DNA from: Octopus vulgaris
Lineage: Eukaryota
Direction of reading: 5' to 3'
Assembly (NCBI GenBank): GCA_951406725.2
Contig: OX597839.1
Coordinates: 9,238,001 to 9,302,000, forward strand
Length of the DNA stretch: 64,000 nt
Shown: one piece after another, positions 24,904-39,017 of the stretch
How the letters are laid out: each line of letters starts with the position of its first letter
How positions within the stretch are numbered: position 1 is the stretch's first letter
Notes under the pieces: model-generated
What the model was told of the DNA's origin: nothing
Database searches by the model: none
The model's input: the letters and a program-made list of their open reading frames with translations, nothing else
Made by a program: the position numbers and the translations under genes

Positions 24904-25770
24904 ATATTATCATCAACAACAACAGCTGCCAATCCAAGACTATTCCCACTCACTACACCTCCACACATCATCCTCATTATCCTCATCATCATTCAACAAT
25001 GCATTTTTCATGCTGGTATGGGTTGGGCAGTTTGACAGGAGCAGACCAGCTGAAGAACTGCCTGGGCTCCATGTCTGTTTTAAGCATGGTTTCTATGGCT
25101 GGATGCCCTACCTAATGCCAACCATTTTACAGAGTATACTGGGTGCTTTTACACAGCACTGATTCAGGTTCTTTTATGTAGTACCAGTAGAGGTCAGCAA
25201 TTTTATGGGTAGTGTAAGTCAATAACATCAACCCCCAGTATTCAACTGGTACATATTTTATCAATCCCAAAAGGATGAAAGGGTCAAGTTGACCTTGGCA
25301 GAATCTAAACTCACAATGTAAAGACAAATGAAACACTGTTAAGCATTTTGCCTGGCATGCTAACTATTCTGCCAGTTTGCCGCCTTAAAATGGTTAATTA
25401 TATCAAAAGTAGACCATTAAAAGTCTTGGGTATCTGAACAAATATATTTTGAATGAATTCCCAACACATATGATTACCTTTACACACTGACGTCAGATCA
25501 CTATCAAAAAATAAGGTGCTACATCACAGGCATGAAAAGCAGAAAAAATAATTACATTTTTCAATAAGAAAAGCATTTGCAATTCTTTGAGTATCTTTGA
25601 TGTGAATTCCAAAGTTCTAAGCTAAGAATATTTGACAGAAATATTTGCTCATCTTAATATTGCAAAGACAAATATGTAAGCTACATACATCAACAGATAA
25701 GCTAGTTTCATTAAAAAAGAAAGCTGTTATTTGGAAGAAATAAGCAAAAGCTGGTAATTTAAAAATGTTA

Positions 25771-26014
25771 CTCTTTCTCTTTTACTCTTTTACTCTTTTA
25801 CTTGTTTCAGTCATTTGACTGCAGCCATGCTGGAGCACCGCCTTTAATCGAGCAACTCCACCCCGGGACTTATTCTTTGTAAGCCCAGTACTTATTCTAT
25901 CGGTCTCTTTTTGCCGAACCGCTAAGTGACAGGGACATAAACACACCAGCATCAGTTGTCAAGCAATGCTAGGGGGACAAACACAGACACACAAACACAC
26001 ACACACACACACAC

Positions 26015-26072
<58 letters not shown>

Positions 26073-26241
26073 GTATATATATATACGACGGGCTTCTTTC
26101 AGTTTCCATCTACCAAATCCACTCACAAGGCTTTGGTCAACCCGAGGCTATAGCAGAAGACACTTGCCCAAGGTGCCATGCAGTGGGACTGAACCCGGAA
26201 CCATGTGGTTGGTTAGCAAGCTACTGAGCACACAGCCACTC
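25771..26241 (-). mobile_element. SINE-A
   Basis: Family match. Confidence 0.85.
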
Positions 26242-26269
26242 ATAATTTTTATATATTTTTATTTTTCCT

Positions 26270-26770
26270 TTTGATTTCAGTCATTTCACTGCAGCCATGC
26301 TGGAGCACCACATTTAGTCGAACAAATTGATCCTAGGACTTATTCTTTGTAAGCCTGGTACTTATTCTATCAGTCTCTTTTGCCAAACTGTTAAGTTAAA
26401 GGGATGTAAACACACCAACATCGGTTGTCAAGTGATGGTGGTGGTAGTGGGCAAAAACAGACACACAAGCATATATACAGGGTGATTCAAAAGTAGCCAT
26501 ACATAAGATCAATTCATTTTTTTATAAGAAACAGTTTTTTTTTATGTAACTGTTTCTTATAAAAAAATAAAATTTTCCTATGTATGGTGACTTTTGAATC
26601 ACCCTGTATATATATGACAGGCTTCTTTCAGTTTCCATCAACCAAATCCACTCACAAGACTTTGGTCGGCCCAAGGTTATAGTAGAAGACACTTGCCCAA
26701 GGTACCACACAGTGGGACTGAAACCAGAACCATGTGGTTGAAAAGCAAGATTCTTACCACACAGCCACGT
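26270..26770 (-). mobile_element. SINE-A carrying a Tc1/mariner MITE in its central (TA)n
   Basis: Both SINE halves flank 26478-26606. Confidence 0.8.
26478..26606. mobile_element. Tc1/mariner MITE, 129 bp
   Basis: TA flanks; 28-bp TIRs CAGGGTGATTCAAAAGTAGCCATACATA / TATGTATGGTGACTTTTGAATCACCCTG. Confidence 0.9.
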
Positions 26771-27246
26771 CTGAACCTTAATGTGTAAAAGCTGCATAAA
26801 AGACATGATTCTGACTGAAGTTGATCACTTGACAGTGGTGGAAGCAAAAACTTATTCAAATTTTCAATCACTCAGCACTGAAGAGTATGATTATGATCAA
26901 AATCCCTTCATGCAGATTCACTCTAGTATTTGCCCTAATTATGTGTAGCAGAATTGATACCTAGATCACATACAAAATACTCAGTATAAATAAATAAATA
27001 AATAAATAATTACAATGAAAAAGTCACTTTAAAACATTGACTGATGATAAATCATTAATTATTCCCCAATGGTTTATTTTGTTCTTTGTTTTGGCTGTTT
27101 TTCTTCTTTTTTTTCCTCTAATTATGATGGTAAATTGAAATACTTTTTTTAACAACTTTTTGTTTTCCCCCCATTCTAAGTCCCACTTTCTTTTTAAACA
27201 AAACGAAATCCTTTCTTTTCTTTCTTTTAAAGTTGTATTCAGTGGC

Positions 27247-27458
27247 TGGAGGCGCAATGGCTCAGTGGTTAGGGCAGCGGACTCGCGGTCATAGGATCGC
27301 GGTTTCGATTCCCAGACCGGGCGTTGTGAGTGTTTATTGAGCGAAACACCTAAAGCTCCACGAGGCTCCGGCAGGGGATGGTGGTGATCCCTGCTGAGCA
27401 GGCTGTTCCGTTGATCGGATCAACCGGAACCCTCGTCGTTGTAACCGACGGAGTGCTT
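27247..27458 (+). mobile_element. SINE-C (internally deleted)
   Basis: TGGCTCAGTGG A box, GGTTTCGATTCCC B box. Confidence 0.8.
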
Positions 27459-28505
27459 CCATCCATTCAGTGGCATGGAGGAAAGATTTCCACAATTATT
27501 TTTATTCTGAACTAAGTTCAGGTTTTTAAAACAAAAAAAAAAAAAAAGAGAGATCTTCGTTGCTAAAATGGTATCAATGCAAAGACACAAGGAATCCACA
27601 CATATGCACACATGTACACACACACACACACACAAAGTGCTTCTGTATAGTTTCATTTAACAAATAGGTGAGATTGAAAATGATCAAAGATGTGTTGAAA
27701 CCAGAATCCATGAAAAATCATTTAATGAAGTTCATAAAATTTCAATCTGATAAGTCGATAAGCCATGAAGATATTTCTAGCAAATTATCTTCTTGCTCAG
27801 AATGTCAGAAGTTTCATCTTCCCACAGACTTAACCAAAAATTTGAAGCGAACTTGAAACATCTTTCTTTAGAATATAAACACTGACACTTTTAACCTCAC
27901 AACAACCGTGAACAATAGTACTATTGTCTTGATCAGAGAAAGAAAAAAAAAAGAAAAAGAAGAAGTAAGAAAAGAAATGTCTTCTTCTTGAATAAACTAA
28001 GAATATACAAGTTTTATTAATGTTTAAAAATATCATTAGCAAAACATTAGATTGTTATAGTTTAGACACCGAATAAGCCAAAAGTACAAAAAACAATAAA
28101 ACACAGTAAATTGTAAAAAAAAAAAGAAAAAAGAAAGACAGAAAACAGAAACAATTAGATTAAGACTACAAGAGAAGACAGCTTTGCAATCACCACCACC
28201 ACCAACAACAATAATAAAAATAAGAATGATGATGGTGGTGGTGGTGGTGGTGGTGGTGATGATGATGATGATGAGTAAAAAGAGAGACGGAGAGTTTGTG
28301 GGAGAGTTGAAAGAAAAACTGACAGCATTTTAGTTCTATCAAGCAATAATTATTAAATACCATTAATGATTTTGCAAGCACATTTAATTACAGATATATT
28401 AACCAAACACATAAAAAAAAGTTCAAAAATAATGCTAAGAGCATATTTTTTTTTAACCTAAAATAAAAAAAATAAGTGATTCTTCACTTCTTTTGCTTCC
28501 CTACA

Positions 28506-28546
<41 letters not shown>

Positions 28547-28944
28547 GGGTGAGAGTGAGAAAGTGAAAGACTCGATGCCAAATAAAACAACAAAATGGTG
28601 CATGGCATTAAAACAACAAAGGAAGTCACTCTGTTGGCTAGAAACAGCAGCAACCAGTCTTAAAACTAACACACCACTTTGAATAATGTGGTTGTGATTA
28701 TACAATATGGGCGGCTTAAGGCTGGAACATCTTTCATCACAGTTCTGCTTGATCCGAGCTGACCTGGAGTTCAAACAACGACAATAACAACTACACAACA
28801 TGTATCCTTTTATTTCTTTACAAGATTCTGTTATTGGAGTGTGAACATGCCAGGGTACTGCTTCCAAAGATTTTAGTCATTCATATCAACCCAGTACTAT
28901 GTCTGATACCTATTTTATTAACCTTACAAGATAGGAATCAAAGC

Positions 28945-29320
28945 TTGTTTTCTATCCACATGGTTCCGGGTTCAGTCCCACTGCATGGCACCTTGGACAA
29001 GTGTCTTCTACTATAGCCTCAGGCCAGCCAAAAAGCCTTGTGAGTGGATTTGGTAGATGGAAACTGAAAGAAGCCCGTCGTATATGTGTGTGCATGCATA
29101 TTTATGTTCATGTGTGTGTGTGTATGCACGCGCACATGTCTGTCTGTGTCCTCCACCCCTGCTTGATATCTGTGTATTAAGATCCACATGACTTAGCAGT
29201 TTGACAACAGAGACCGATAAAATAAGTACAAGGTTTAAAAAAAAAATTACTGGGGTATGTTCATTCAACTAAAATTTCCTCAAGTGGGCCACAGTATAAT
29301 GACTGAAACAAGTAAAAGAA
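28945..29320 (+). mobile_element. SINE-A (older, diverged)
   Basis: Family match. Confidence 0.75.
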
Positions 29321-29409
29321 GAAAGTAACTACTTAAAGGTAGTCTTGTAGCATGGCCACAGCACAATGACTAAGACAAGTAAAATAAAAGAATTACATAT
29401 GTATGAACC

Positions 29410-29703
29410 GTGGAGGCGCAATGGCCAGGTGGTTAGGGCAGCGAACTCACAGTCGTAGGATCGCGGTTTCGATTCCCAGACCGGGCGTTGTGAGTGTTTA
29501 TTGGGTGAAAACACCTAAAAGCTCCACGATGCTCTGGCAGGGGGTGGTGATCCCTGCTATACTCTTTCACCACTCTTTCTTCTGTTGGCCTGCTCGCTTA
29601 GCCAGTGGGGTGGCGTCATTCAAAGGCTAAAACAATGTGAACGCATTGTGACCAGCAATGTGTAACTACATCTGATGGACTGGTCGGTCACGTGATCACG
29701 TGA
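29410..29703 (+). mobile_element. SINE-C
   Basis: tRNA-like head as at 27247; ends GTCACGTGATCACGTGA. Confidence 0.8.
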
Positions 29704-29709
29704 TATGTA

Positions 29710-29815
29710 TGAACCATACAGAGAAGGGCATTAAAGAGAACTGTACAGGGAAGGGGCATTAAAGAGAGCCATACACAGAAGGAGCATTAAAGAGAACAAT
29801 ACAGAGAGGGGACAT
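29710..29815. repeat. ~29-31-bp minisatellite, about 4 units
   Basis: Variants of GAACCATACAGAGAAGGGCATTAAAGA in tandem. Confidence 0.7.
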
Positions 29816-30134
29816 CAGAAAGCATGAGGACTCCAAACACTCATTAAATTCTCGTCCAAGTACAAAATCTGGATTCTCCAAGCAGAGCCAGGTGTTTCAA
29901 AACAATGGTTTATCCACACTGAGAGAGAGACAAGGAGAGACAGAGACAGAGAGGGGCAATGAGAAGCACAAATAAACATTTGAATGAAATGCTATGAAGC
30001 AAGATTATTTCGCTGGGTTAGGGTTATCTCTTAGTAAGTAATCTCTCAGAGTAAATTAAAGACAATAAACAATACTGTGTATGAAGTTTCTGATATCACT
30101 GATAACAGATTGCTTGTAATAGCACTCATTATTA

Positions 30135-30179
<45 letters not shown>

Positions 30180-30374
30180 TTATGAAGCATTGTATGCACG
30201 ACAAACAAGCAGTTACATGTAGCTTACTAGCTTACACTCCTAAAATCACATGCTGAATGCATATCTATTGTATGGTGCAGCATATGCAGTGTAATAGGCT
30301 ACAGCACATGAACAGAGAGAAATACATTTCAAAGAACAAAAGGGGTCAATATCAGTGATATTTCAATATATTTA

Positions 30375-30785
30375 GCACTTGTGCCTGTGCTAGTAGGGTG
30401 CCTAGAGCACCATCCGAGCGTGATCGTTGCCAAAGCAGCCAAGTGACTTCTGTGCCAGTGGCACGTAAAAGAGCACCATTCGAATGTGATCGTTACCAAT
30501 GTCACCTTACTGGCACTTGTGCTGGTGGCATGTGTAAAAGGATTCGAGCGAGGTCATTGCCAGTACCGCCTGACTGGCCCCCGTGCCGGTGGCATGTAAA
30601 AAGCACCCACTACACTCTCAGAGTGATTGGCGTTAGGAAGGGCATCCAGCTGTAGAAACTCTGCCAAATCAAGATTGGAGCCTGGTGCAGCCATCTGGTT
30701 CACCAGCCCTCAGTCAAAATCGTCCAACCTATGCTAGCATGGAAAGCCGACGTTAAACGATGATGACGATGATGATGATGATGAT
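30375..30785 (+). mobile_element. (ATG)n-tailed RTE-type 3' repeat
   Basis: Homologous to 4935-5262. Confidence 0.75.
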
Positions 30786-31144
30786 TCATTCCTACAGGTG
30801 TTTCAACAATTCCTACATCACATCACAATTATACAAGAAACATATCGTCAAGGAATCATTTTTAAATATGACAAAAAATTAAAAAATTAATTTTTGTGCA
30901 GATGGAACACAAAAATAGGACAAAATGAGACGAAATTTAAAAAAAAGACTTCGAAGATGAGGTTAAGATGTCGCTGTCAGAATTTGATCAGGGCTTATAA
31001 TCAGGTTTGTCATGTATAAGATTACCTAGTAATATATTTATCCAGTAGTAATACAGTCATAAAGCCTTAAATTTGTATAGCAGTAAACAGAGACATGTCA
31101 ACATACCAAAGAATCATAATATGCACATATATTTATATATATAT

Positions 31145-31221
<77 letters not shown>

Positions 31222-31234
31222 TACACACACACAC

Positions 31235-31476
31235 ATTAGAAGAAATAAGGTACTCAGAAATCTAGATAGTTTTATATTGACAGATATTTATTAATATGTC
31301 ACATGTTTTTAATAAATCATATATTAGCGCTTGCATCCACTCTAGTGGAGTCTTCTGAAGACCCCACTAGAGTGGATGCAAGCGCTAATATATGATTTAT
31401 AAAAACATGTGACATGTTAATAAATATCTGACAATATAAAACCATCTAGATTTCTGAGTACCTTATTTCTTCTAAT
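31235..31476. repeat. 242-bp near-perfect palindrome (1-nt centre at 31356)
   Basis: ATTAGAAGAAATAAGGTACTCAG...GTCTTC-T-GAAGAC...CTGAGTACCTTATTTCTTCTAAT; about 4 substitutions and 1 indel between arms. Confidence 0.95.
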
Positions 31477-31589
31477 ATATAATACCTGTACATCATCTTC
31501 AAACCTTTTAATATATATATATATTATATAGTTAATCACTATACAAATCCATCATTTTTTGCTAAAATGTCTTATTGATGAGTTTCGTT

Positions 31590-31684
31590 TTTTCACTTTC
31601 CTGAAGAGAAGATTGCATTGTTTATACCATTTATTCTTTTGAATAATATCAGTGGAATTTTCGAAACATGTGTCGAAAGTAAAA
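31590..31684 (+). ncRNA. Type I hammerhead ribozyme motif (Penelope/retrozyme-type)
   Basis: Helix I TTTTCACTTTC/GAAAGTAAAA; CUGAAGA 31601-31607; helix II GAAGATTGCATTG/CAGTGGAATTTTC; GAAA 31663-31666; helix III AC-atgt-GT; GUC cleavage after 31674. Confidence 0.8.
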
Positions 31685-32222
31685 ATACTTGATTTATACC
31701 TGTGTTAAACTCCATTTATTTATTCATATATATATATATACATACACACATACATACATCTGTGTGTGTGTGTACACATATATATATGAAAGTTTACAAG
31801 AAGACTAATTGGTATAATTTACATTCAAAAACTCATATACAGGATTAGATACATATATTAAGTTTATTTATAGGAACAATTATACACATTTATGTAAGTA
31901 TACAACCACTTAGGCAAATAGATTCTCCCACACTTAGCCACAAATATCTACACAACACCAGATACATGCAACCCCACTCATAGACATACACATATATATA
32001 TATATATGTATAGAAAACAAAAGTACATATATACACATATATACAAATGTATACACACTGTAAGCAAGTGTGCATATGCATACACACACAATGCATACAT
32101 ACATCAAAAAAAAACTCTTGATACAGACACAATATTTGAAAAAAGTTTGTTTTTAAATCAAAATTATTAATTATACAAAAATATCTTCAAAGAAGAAGAT
32201 AAACACAAATCTTATGGAATAG

Positions 32223-32257
<35 letters not shown>

Positions 32258-32356
32258 ACACACTTCAGGTTGTTTTTTTCTTTTCTTGAGAAAACTTTGA
32301 CCAAGACCAAAAGTCTAACAGGGGAAACAACAGAGGAAGTATGTGTAGATCCTTCT

Positions 32357-32760
32357 GGAGTGGCTGTGTGGTAAGTAGCTTGCTTACCAACCACATGGTT
32401 CCGGGTTCAGTCCCACTGCGTGGCATCTTGGGCAAGTGTCTTCTGCTATAGCCTCGGGCCGACCAATGCCTTGTGAGTGGATTTGGTAGACGGAAACTGA
32501 AAGAAGCCTGTCATATATATGTATATATATATATGTATGTGTGTATATGTTTGTGTGTCTATGTTTGTCCCCCTAGCATTGCTTGACAACCGATGCTGGT
32601 GTGTTTACGTCCCCGTAACTTAGCGGTTCGGCAAAAGAGACCGATAGAATAAGTACTAGGCTTACAAAGAATAAGTCCCGGGGTCGATTTGCTCATCTAA
32701 AGGCGGTGCTCCAGCATGGCCGCAGTCAAATGACTGAAACAAGTAAAAGAAAAAAAGAAA
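32357..32760 (+). mobile_element. SINE-A
   Basis: Family match. Confidence 0.85.
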
Positions 32761-33109
32761 GAATATCCAAAGAGTGATGCATACTGAGTTTCCAGTAACT
32801 GAGATGGTTTTTAAGAGTGGATAGTAACAAAAGTCATGTCATGCCAGCTCATATCTTTCCATGGGATCTTAGAATTAATGCTGGAGAAGGTCGTTAAGCT
32901 CTGTGTGAATGAAGTTCCATACATGTAGACCATACATGCTTCTACAAGACCCAGTGCCTACTCACAAAGACTATATAACCCAAGAATGGATGCTAAATAA
33001 TTTTTATGATTATTTAACCCCAAACTTGTGGTCTCCAGACTCAACCAGACTCAAATCCCATGGATTAATATGTAAGTAGCATTGGTGAAAGAGACTCTAA
33101 TCAACAACA

Positions 33110-33380
33110 TCATCATCATCATCATCATTGTTTAACGTCTGCTTTCCATGCTAGCATGGGTTGGACGGTTCGACTGGGGTCTGGGAAGCCAGGAGTATGC
33201 ACCAGGCCCAGTCTGATCTGGTAGTGTTTCTACAGCTGGATGCCCTTCCTAAAGCCAACCACTCCGTGAGTGTAGTGGGTGCTTTTTACGTGCCACCAGC
33301 ACAGTGCCAGGCGAGGCTGGCAACGGCCATGATCGGTTGGCATTGCCAGCCTCGGCCACGATCGGTTGCCGTTGCCAACA
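33110..33380 (-). mobile_element. (ATG)n-tailed RTE-type 3' repeat
   Basis: rc of 13005-13330. Confidence 0.75.
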
Positions 33381-33720
33381 TCTTTACAATATAACTTCAC
33401 AGGAAGCCACAACTGTCCAAGTAATTCCAGAATGTAATTCAGGACCCTTTAGTGCAGGCATATCAATGATCCAAATCCAGAATTGAAGAGTAGTCATTGA
33501 AGACTCACATGGGAGAGATCCCTTTTCTTCGAATAATTCTCCACATTTAGTAGCCTTTCATAGTTGCTCTTCTATGCCTCTTTCTTTTCAGAATCCCTTA
33601 AGTGCAAGTATACTATTATCCGTCCATTTACACTTCTCTCCACAACATCTCGATTCCCTCTGACAGCCTATGAACTTTTCAGCTAACCCTTGTATGTTTC
33701 TTCTTCTTTCGTGTGCGTGC

Positions 33721-33751
<31 letters not shown>

Positions 33752-33819
33752 GATAGATAAATAGATACACAGATAAATAGATATACAGATACATACATAT
33801 ATATATAGAGAGAGAGAGA

Positions 33820-33861
<42 letters not shown>

Positions 33862-34928
33862 GCACGACATATATAAACTATTCCTAAATGGAGGAGATTT
33901 TTTTATTTTCAAAAAATGGGGGGGAAAACAAAAATAAAGAGAAAATATAAGTAAAAGCAAAGGTTTTTTGTTTTTTTTTTAAATGGAAGGAAAAAACCTA
34001 ATCAGAACTTTGCTTTATTATTACTAAAATATATAAATAAAACAACACCACCACCACCATCATCCTTATTATCAACACCACCACCATCACCATCATCATC
34101 ATCATCATCATCATCACCACCAGCACCAAACGAAAGAACACATCAGTTGAGAGTTTTGATCATACGGAAAGTCCTAATTTAATCTACTAGCAATAACGGT
34201 TATTTCTTTCTTCAGGCTAGTGAGCAAACAGTCATCAAATTCCATCACAATGATCATCACCACCAGTTTTATTGCTTTTCGTGCAGGCAGGTGGGGGGGG
34301 GGGCGCTGGTACTTGCCATTTTTATTTCACATCCTTTTTACTACTAGGTCTCAGTTTTTATTACTAATTTTATTTCGCTTTTTTTTTTTTTTTGTGGTAT
34401 TTCATTTTCTTTCTCTTCCTCCCTATGTTTTTACTGTATGTAAAGTCCTGGAGATATTGATTTTTTAAACATTGGTATTGATAATGAATTTGCTCTCCTT
34501 ATAAAATGATATCGAAATATTGGTACACGTACCAAATACGTCTGCCTTATGTAAAGTGATTTCCAACAATAGTCAGGTACCAAGGGATGCAAGAACGGCT
34601 GTACAGTTTATCTTTCACTAGCTTCAGTCATTAGACTGCGGCCATGCTGGGGCACTGCCTTGAAGAATTTCGGTCAAACAAATCGATTCCAGTACTGGGC
34701 ATTGTTTGTAAATCCTGAAATTTATTCTGTTTGTCCCTTTTGCTGAACTGCTAAGTTGCAGGGATGTAAACACACCAACGCCAGTTGTCAAGACACAAAC
34801 ATAGACACAAAGACAACCACATACATATATACATATTTTTTTATTCTTTTACTTGTTTCAGTCATTTGGAAGCGACCATGCTGGAGCACTGCCTTTAGTC
34901 AAACAAAAACCCAGGAATTATTCTTTGT

Positions 34929-35235
<307 letters not shown>

Positions 35236-35837
35236 ATACATATATAAGTAAAAAAGCTAGTTACAAAATCTCAAGAAGAGATAGGTTAGTAACGTACAGC
35301 CCTCACAAGCCATTCATCAATGCCTAGTTTCCTAGGGGACCAATCAATTACTGAATGTAGAACCCAGACAAAACACCTTCTCAAAGTCAACGAATCCAGG
35401 TATAGTGCATTGCATTATGTATAGGTTATACACACACACATACACACATACATACACCTCCATTCATGCCCATGCATGCGAGTGTATATTAAGTAACAAG
35501 TCTCTACTAATGCATTGTTATACCATTTGCTAATGTTTACAAGACTCTTGTGGTGCAACATTAGTAGAGTTGCTTACAGACAGCTTGTTCAGAATCAGCC
35601 TCAGTGATTTGTTTACAGTGTCACAAAAACTATTATGGTGTACTTGAGTTTGTTTACTTAGATTATGTATGTGTACGGGTGCACATATACGCTTGCTTAT
35701 GAGTGTGTAAGTCGACTGTCAAGTATGTGCATGTGTTCATGTGCGTGTGTGTGTGTGTGTTTACTTTTGTTTTGGTGTACGAATATGTATGTTTGTGCTT
35801 AAGACTGCTATGACATGTATGTGTTATGAATATGCTT

Positions 35838-35962
35838 TATTATTATTATTATTGTTATGATTATCATTATTATTATTATTATTATTGTTATTATTATTAT
35901 TATGATGATTATTATTATCATTATTATGATTATTATTATTATTATTATAATTATTATTATTA

Positions 35963-35993
<31 letters not shown>

Positions 35994-36016
35994 AATTATA
36001 ATTATTATCATCATCA

Positions 36017-36070
<54 letters not shown>
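35838..36070. repeat. (ATT)n microsatellite
   Basis: Direct inspection. Confidence 0.9.
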
Positions 36071-36075
<5 letters not shown>

Positions 36076-36269
36076 GCTAATTTTGCATGTATGTGTTTAT
36101 GTGAGTGCCATTGTTATGATGTATGTGTATTTATTTACCATTGTGATTAATGTGTGTATGTATGTTTGTGCATGTTTTGTTTCACAAAATATTTCATGTT
36201 TGTTTGTTTTTCTGCTCTTTCATTGTATTTTCTTTGTTGTGTTTGTGTAGTTTTTCTAGACATCTAACT

Positions 36270-36760
<491 letters not shown>

Positions 36761-37055
36761 TGTTATGCCTCAAGCAAGCTGAACAAAACCTTGCAAAGCT
36801 AGTTGTATTATAAGTATGTAATACAAAAAAAAAAAACAGAGTGCTGAGAGTGTCAGACAGAATGGCTCGGCAGCATTTGTCCCAGCTTTCTGCACACTAA
36901 GCCCAAACCCTGCTAAGGCCAACTCAGCCTGATCTTCATTTAGAAGCTGATAAATAAAATTACAAGTCCAGGATGGCAGATTATTAGAACAGTTAGCACA
37001 TCAAGCAATGCTTTACACTGTTTGTGTTGCAATATCTTTTCTCGCTCTTTATATT

Positions 37056-37264
37056 ACTCTTTCCTCTTTTACTTGTTTTAGTCATTTGACTGTGGCCATG
37101 ATGGAGCACCGCCTTTAGTCGAGCAAATCGACCCCAGGACTTATTCTTTGGAAGCCTAGTACTTATTCTATCGGTCTCTTTTGCCGATCCGCTAAGTTAC
37201 GGGGACGTAAACACACCAGCATCAGTTGTCAAGCGATGTTGGGAGGACAAACGCAGACACACAA

Positions 37265-37323
<59 letters not shown>

Positions 37324-37481
37324 TACGACGGGCTTCTTTCACTTTCTGTCTACCAAATCCACTCACAAGGCTTTGGTCTGCCCGAGGCTATAGTAGAAAA
37401 CACTTGCCCAAGGTGCCACGCAGTGGGACTGAACCCGGGACCATGTGGTTGGTAAGCAAGCTACTTACCACACAGCCACTC
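37056..37481 (-). mobile_element. SINE-A
   Basis: Family match. Confidence 0.85.
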
Positions 37482-37644
37482 GTATTGTGAATTTCAATTC
37501 CATCTAGGAGTTCAATTCCTACTGATAGCTAGGGCAAATAATCCAACTATGGGATTTAAATTGTTTACAAATCTTGCAATAGGAAGAGTGTGGGTGTCTG
37601 CCACAGCCATGAACAATGAGGCATGGCTGTGTAGTAAGATGTTT

Positions 37645-37951
37645 GCCTCCCCACCCAGCTTATTCCCCAGACCTTCCTGCTACCTACTACCAATTTTCCA
37701 AGCACCTTGATGGTTTCCTGAGAGAGAAAGCGTTAAAAAATCAAACTGATGCTGAAAGTGCGTTCAAAAGAGTCCATCAGCTCCAGAACTCCAGATCTTT
37801 ATTACAGGAATAAACGAACTTCTAACTCATTGGCAAAAATGTTTTGATTGTAATGGTACTGACTTTTATGGATAAAATTTCCGCATTGTTGAAATATATT
37901 GTGATGAATTTCATGTTTGAAAACATTGCTTATTTTTTACTCAGCCTGATA
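37645..37951 (+). pseudogene. Mariner transposase C-terminal fragment with probable right TIR
   Basis: PHPAYSPDLPATYYQFSKHL matches the mariner motif HPPYSPDLAPSDY; later THWQKCFDCNG. Confidence 0.85.
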
Positions 37952-38129
37952 TATATGTATGTGTGTGTGTGTGTGTATGCATGTATGTATGTAAATAGGT
38001 ATATAAATGAATGACTTCAGTTGTGCGGTGATTATGCTCATTTACAACCATCATATGAGGACTAGGCAAGGGTATAATATATCCTTGTGTGTCCTTCACT
38101 ATTAGTAAGACCCGAAGAAAAGAACGCAG

Positions 38130-38367
38130 GTCAACCCCCAGCACTGAGAGCATCAACGGCTGGATGAATGCGCATCCAGGCTCAGTGGTTGCGTAGGAAG
38201 TCAGGGACAGGAAACAGGAAGAAAGAGTGAGAGAAAGTTGGGGCGAAACAGTACTTTAAGTGTTTTCGCTCAATAAACACACACAACGCCCAGTCTGGGA
38301 ATCGAAACCGCGATCCTCCGACCACGAGTCCGCTGCCCTAACCACTGGGCCATTGTGCCGCCTCCAC
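38130..38367 (-). mobile_element. SINE-C
   Basis: rc TGGCCCAGTGGTTAGGGCAGCGGACTC...GGTTTCGATTCCC. Confidence 0.8.
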
Positions 38368-39017
38368 TGCTGTTGCTGATGATGACAATGCAGTGGTGGT
38401 GGTGATGGTGGTGGTGGTTTTGACGGCAGCAGCAGGTGTTAGCAACAGCAGCAAGGTGGTGGCAGAGGGGGTTGGGACATGGTGACAGAGATGTAGGTAG
38501 CATGGATGATTAACATAAGAACAGAAAGTAATGACAATACCAACAATTATTACAATGTGCCACCAGCTACCAATCACACACACACACACAATACACACTT
38601 CATAATTTATGCAAAGGAATAACAATATCCACAAATTAGTAATTGTGGTGTTTCCCATAAATTTTTGCTTTTTTTTTTTTTTTGTCAGATAGCTATTTAC
38701 TTATTACTGTCAGTTTAACGAGATTCAAAGATCTAATCACTTCACTATTCATTTAAGAGAGTTATGTGTATGTACATGCATAAGTTTCTCTTCTACTCTC
38801 CTCTCAAATCTATTTCTTCTCTTCTCTGCATGTAGATGCATATGCACACACACCACACACACACTAGCAGATATTGGTGGGTTTTTTTCTACAATGCTGT
38901 CTGCCAGATAAAGAAGGACTACAAAAAGCAAAACTGTATGGTGGAACATACACCGCTAACAAATTACCATGGAGAAATGGATGCATAATAATGATGATAA
39001 TAGTATATGAATATATA

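Noticed and set aside
27668-27856. 62-aa ORF in unique sequence
   Set aside because: No recognisable motif; length expected by chance.
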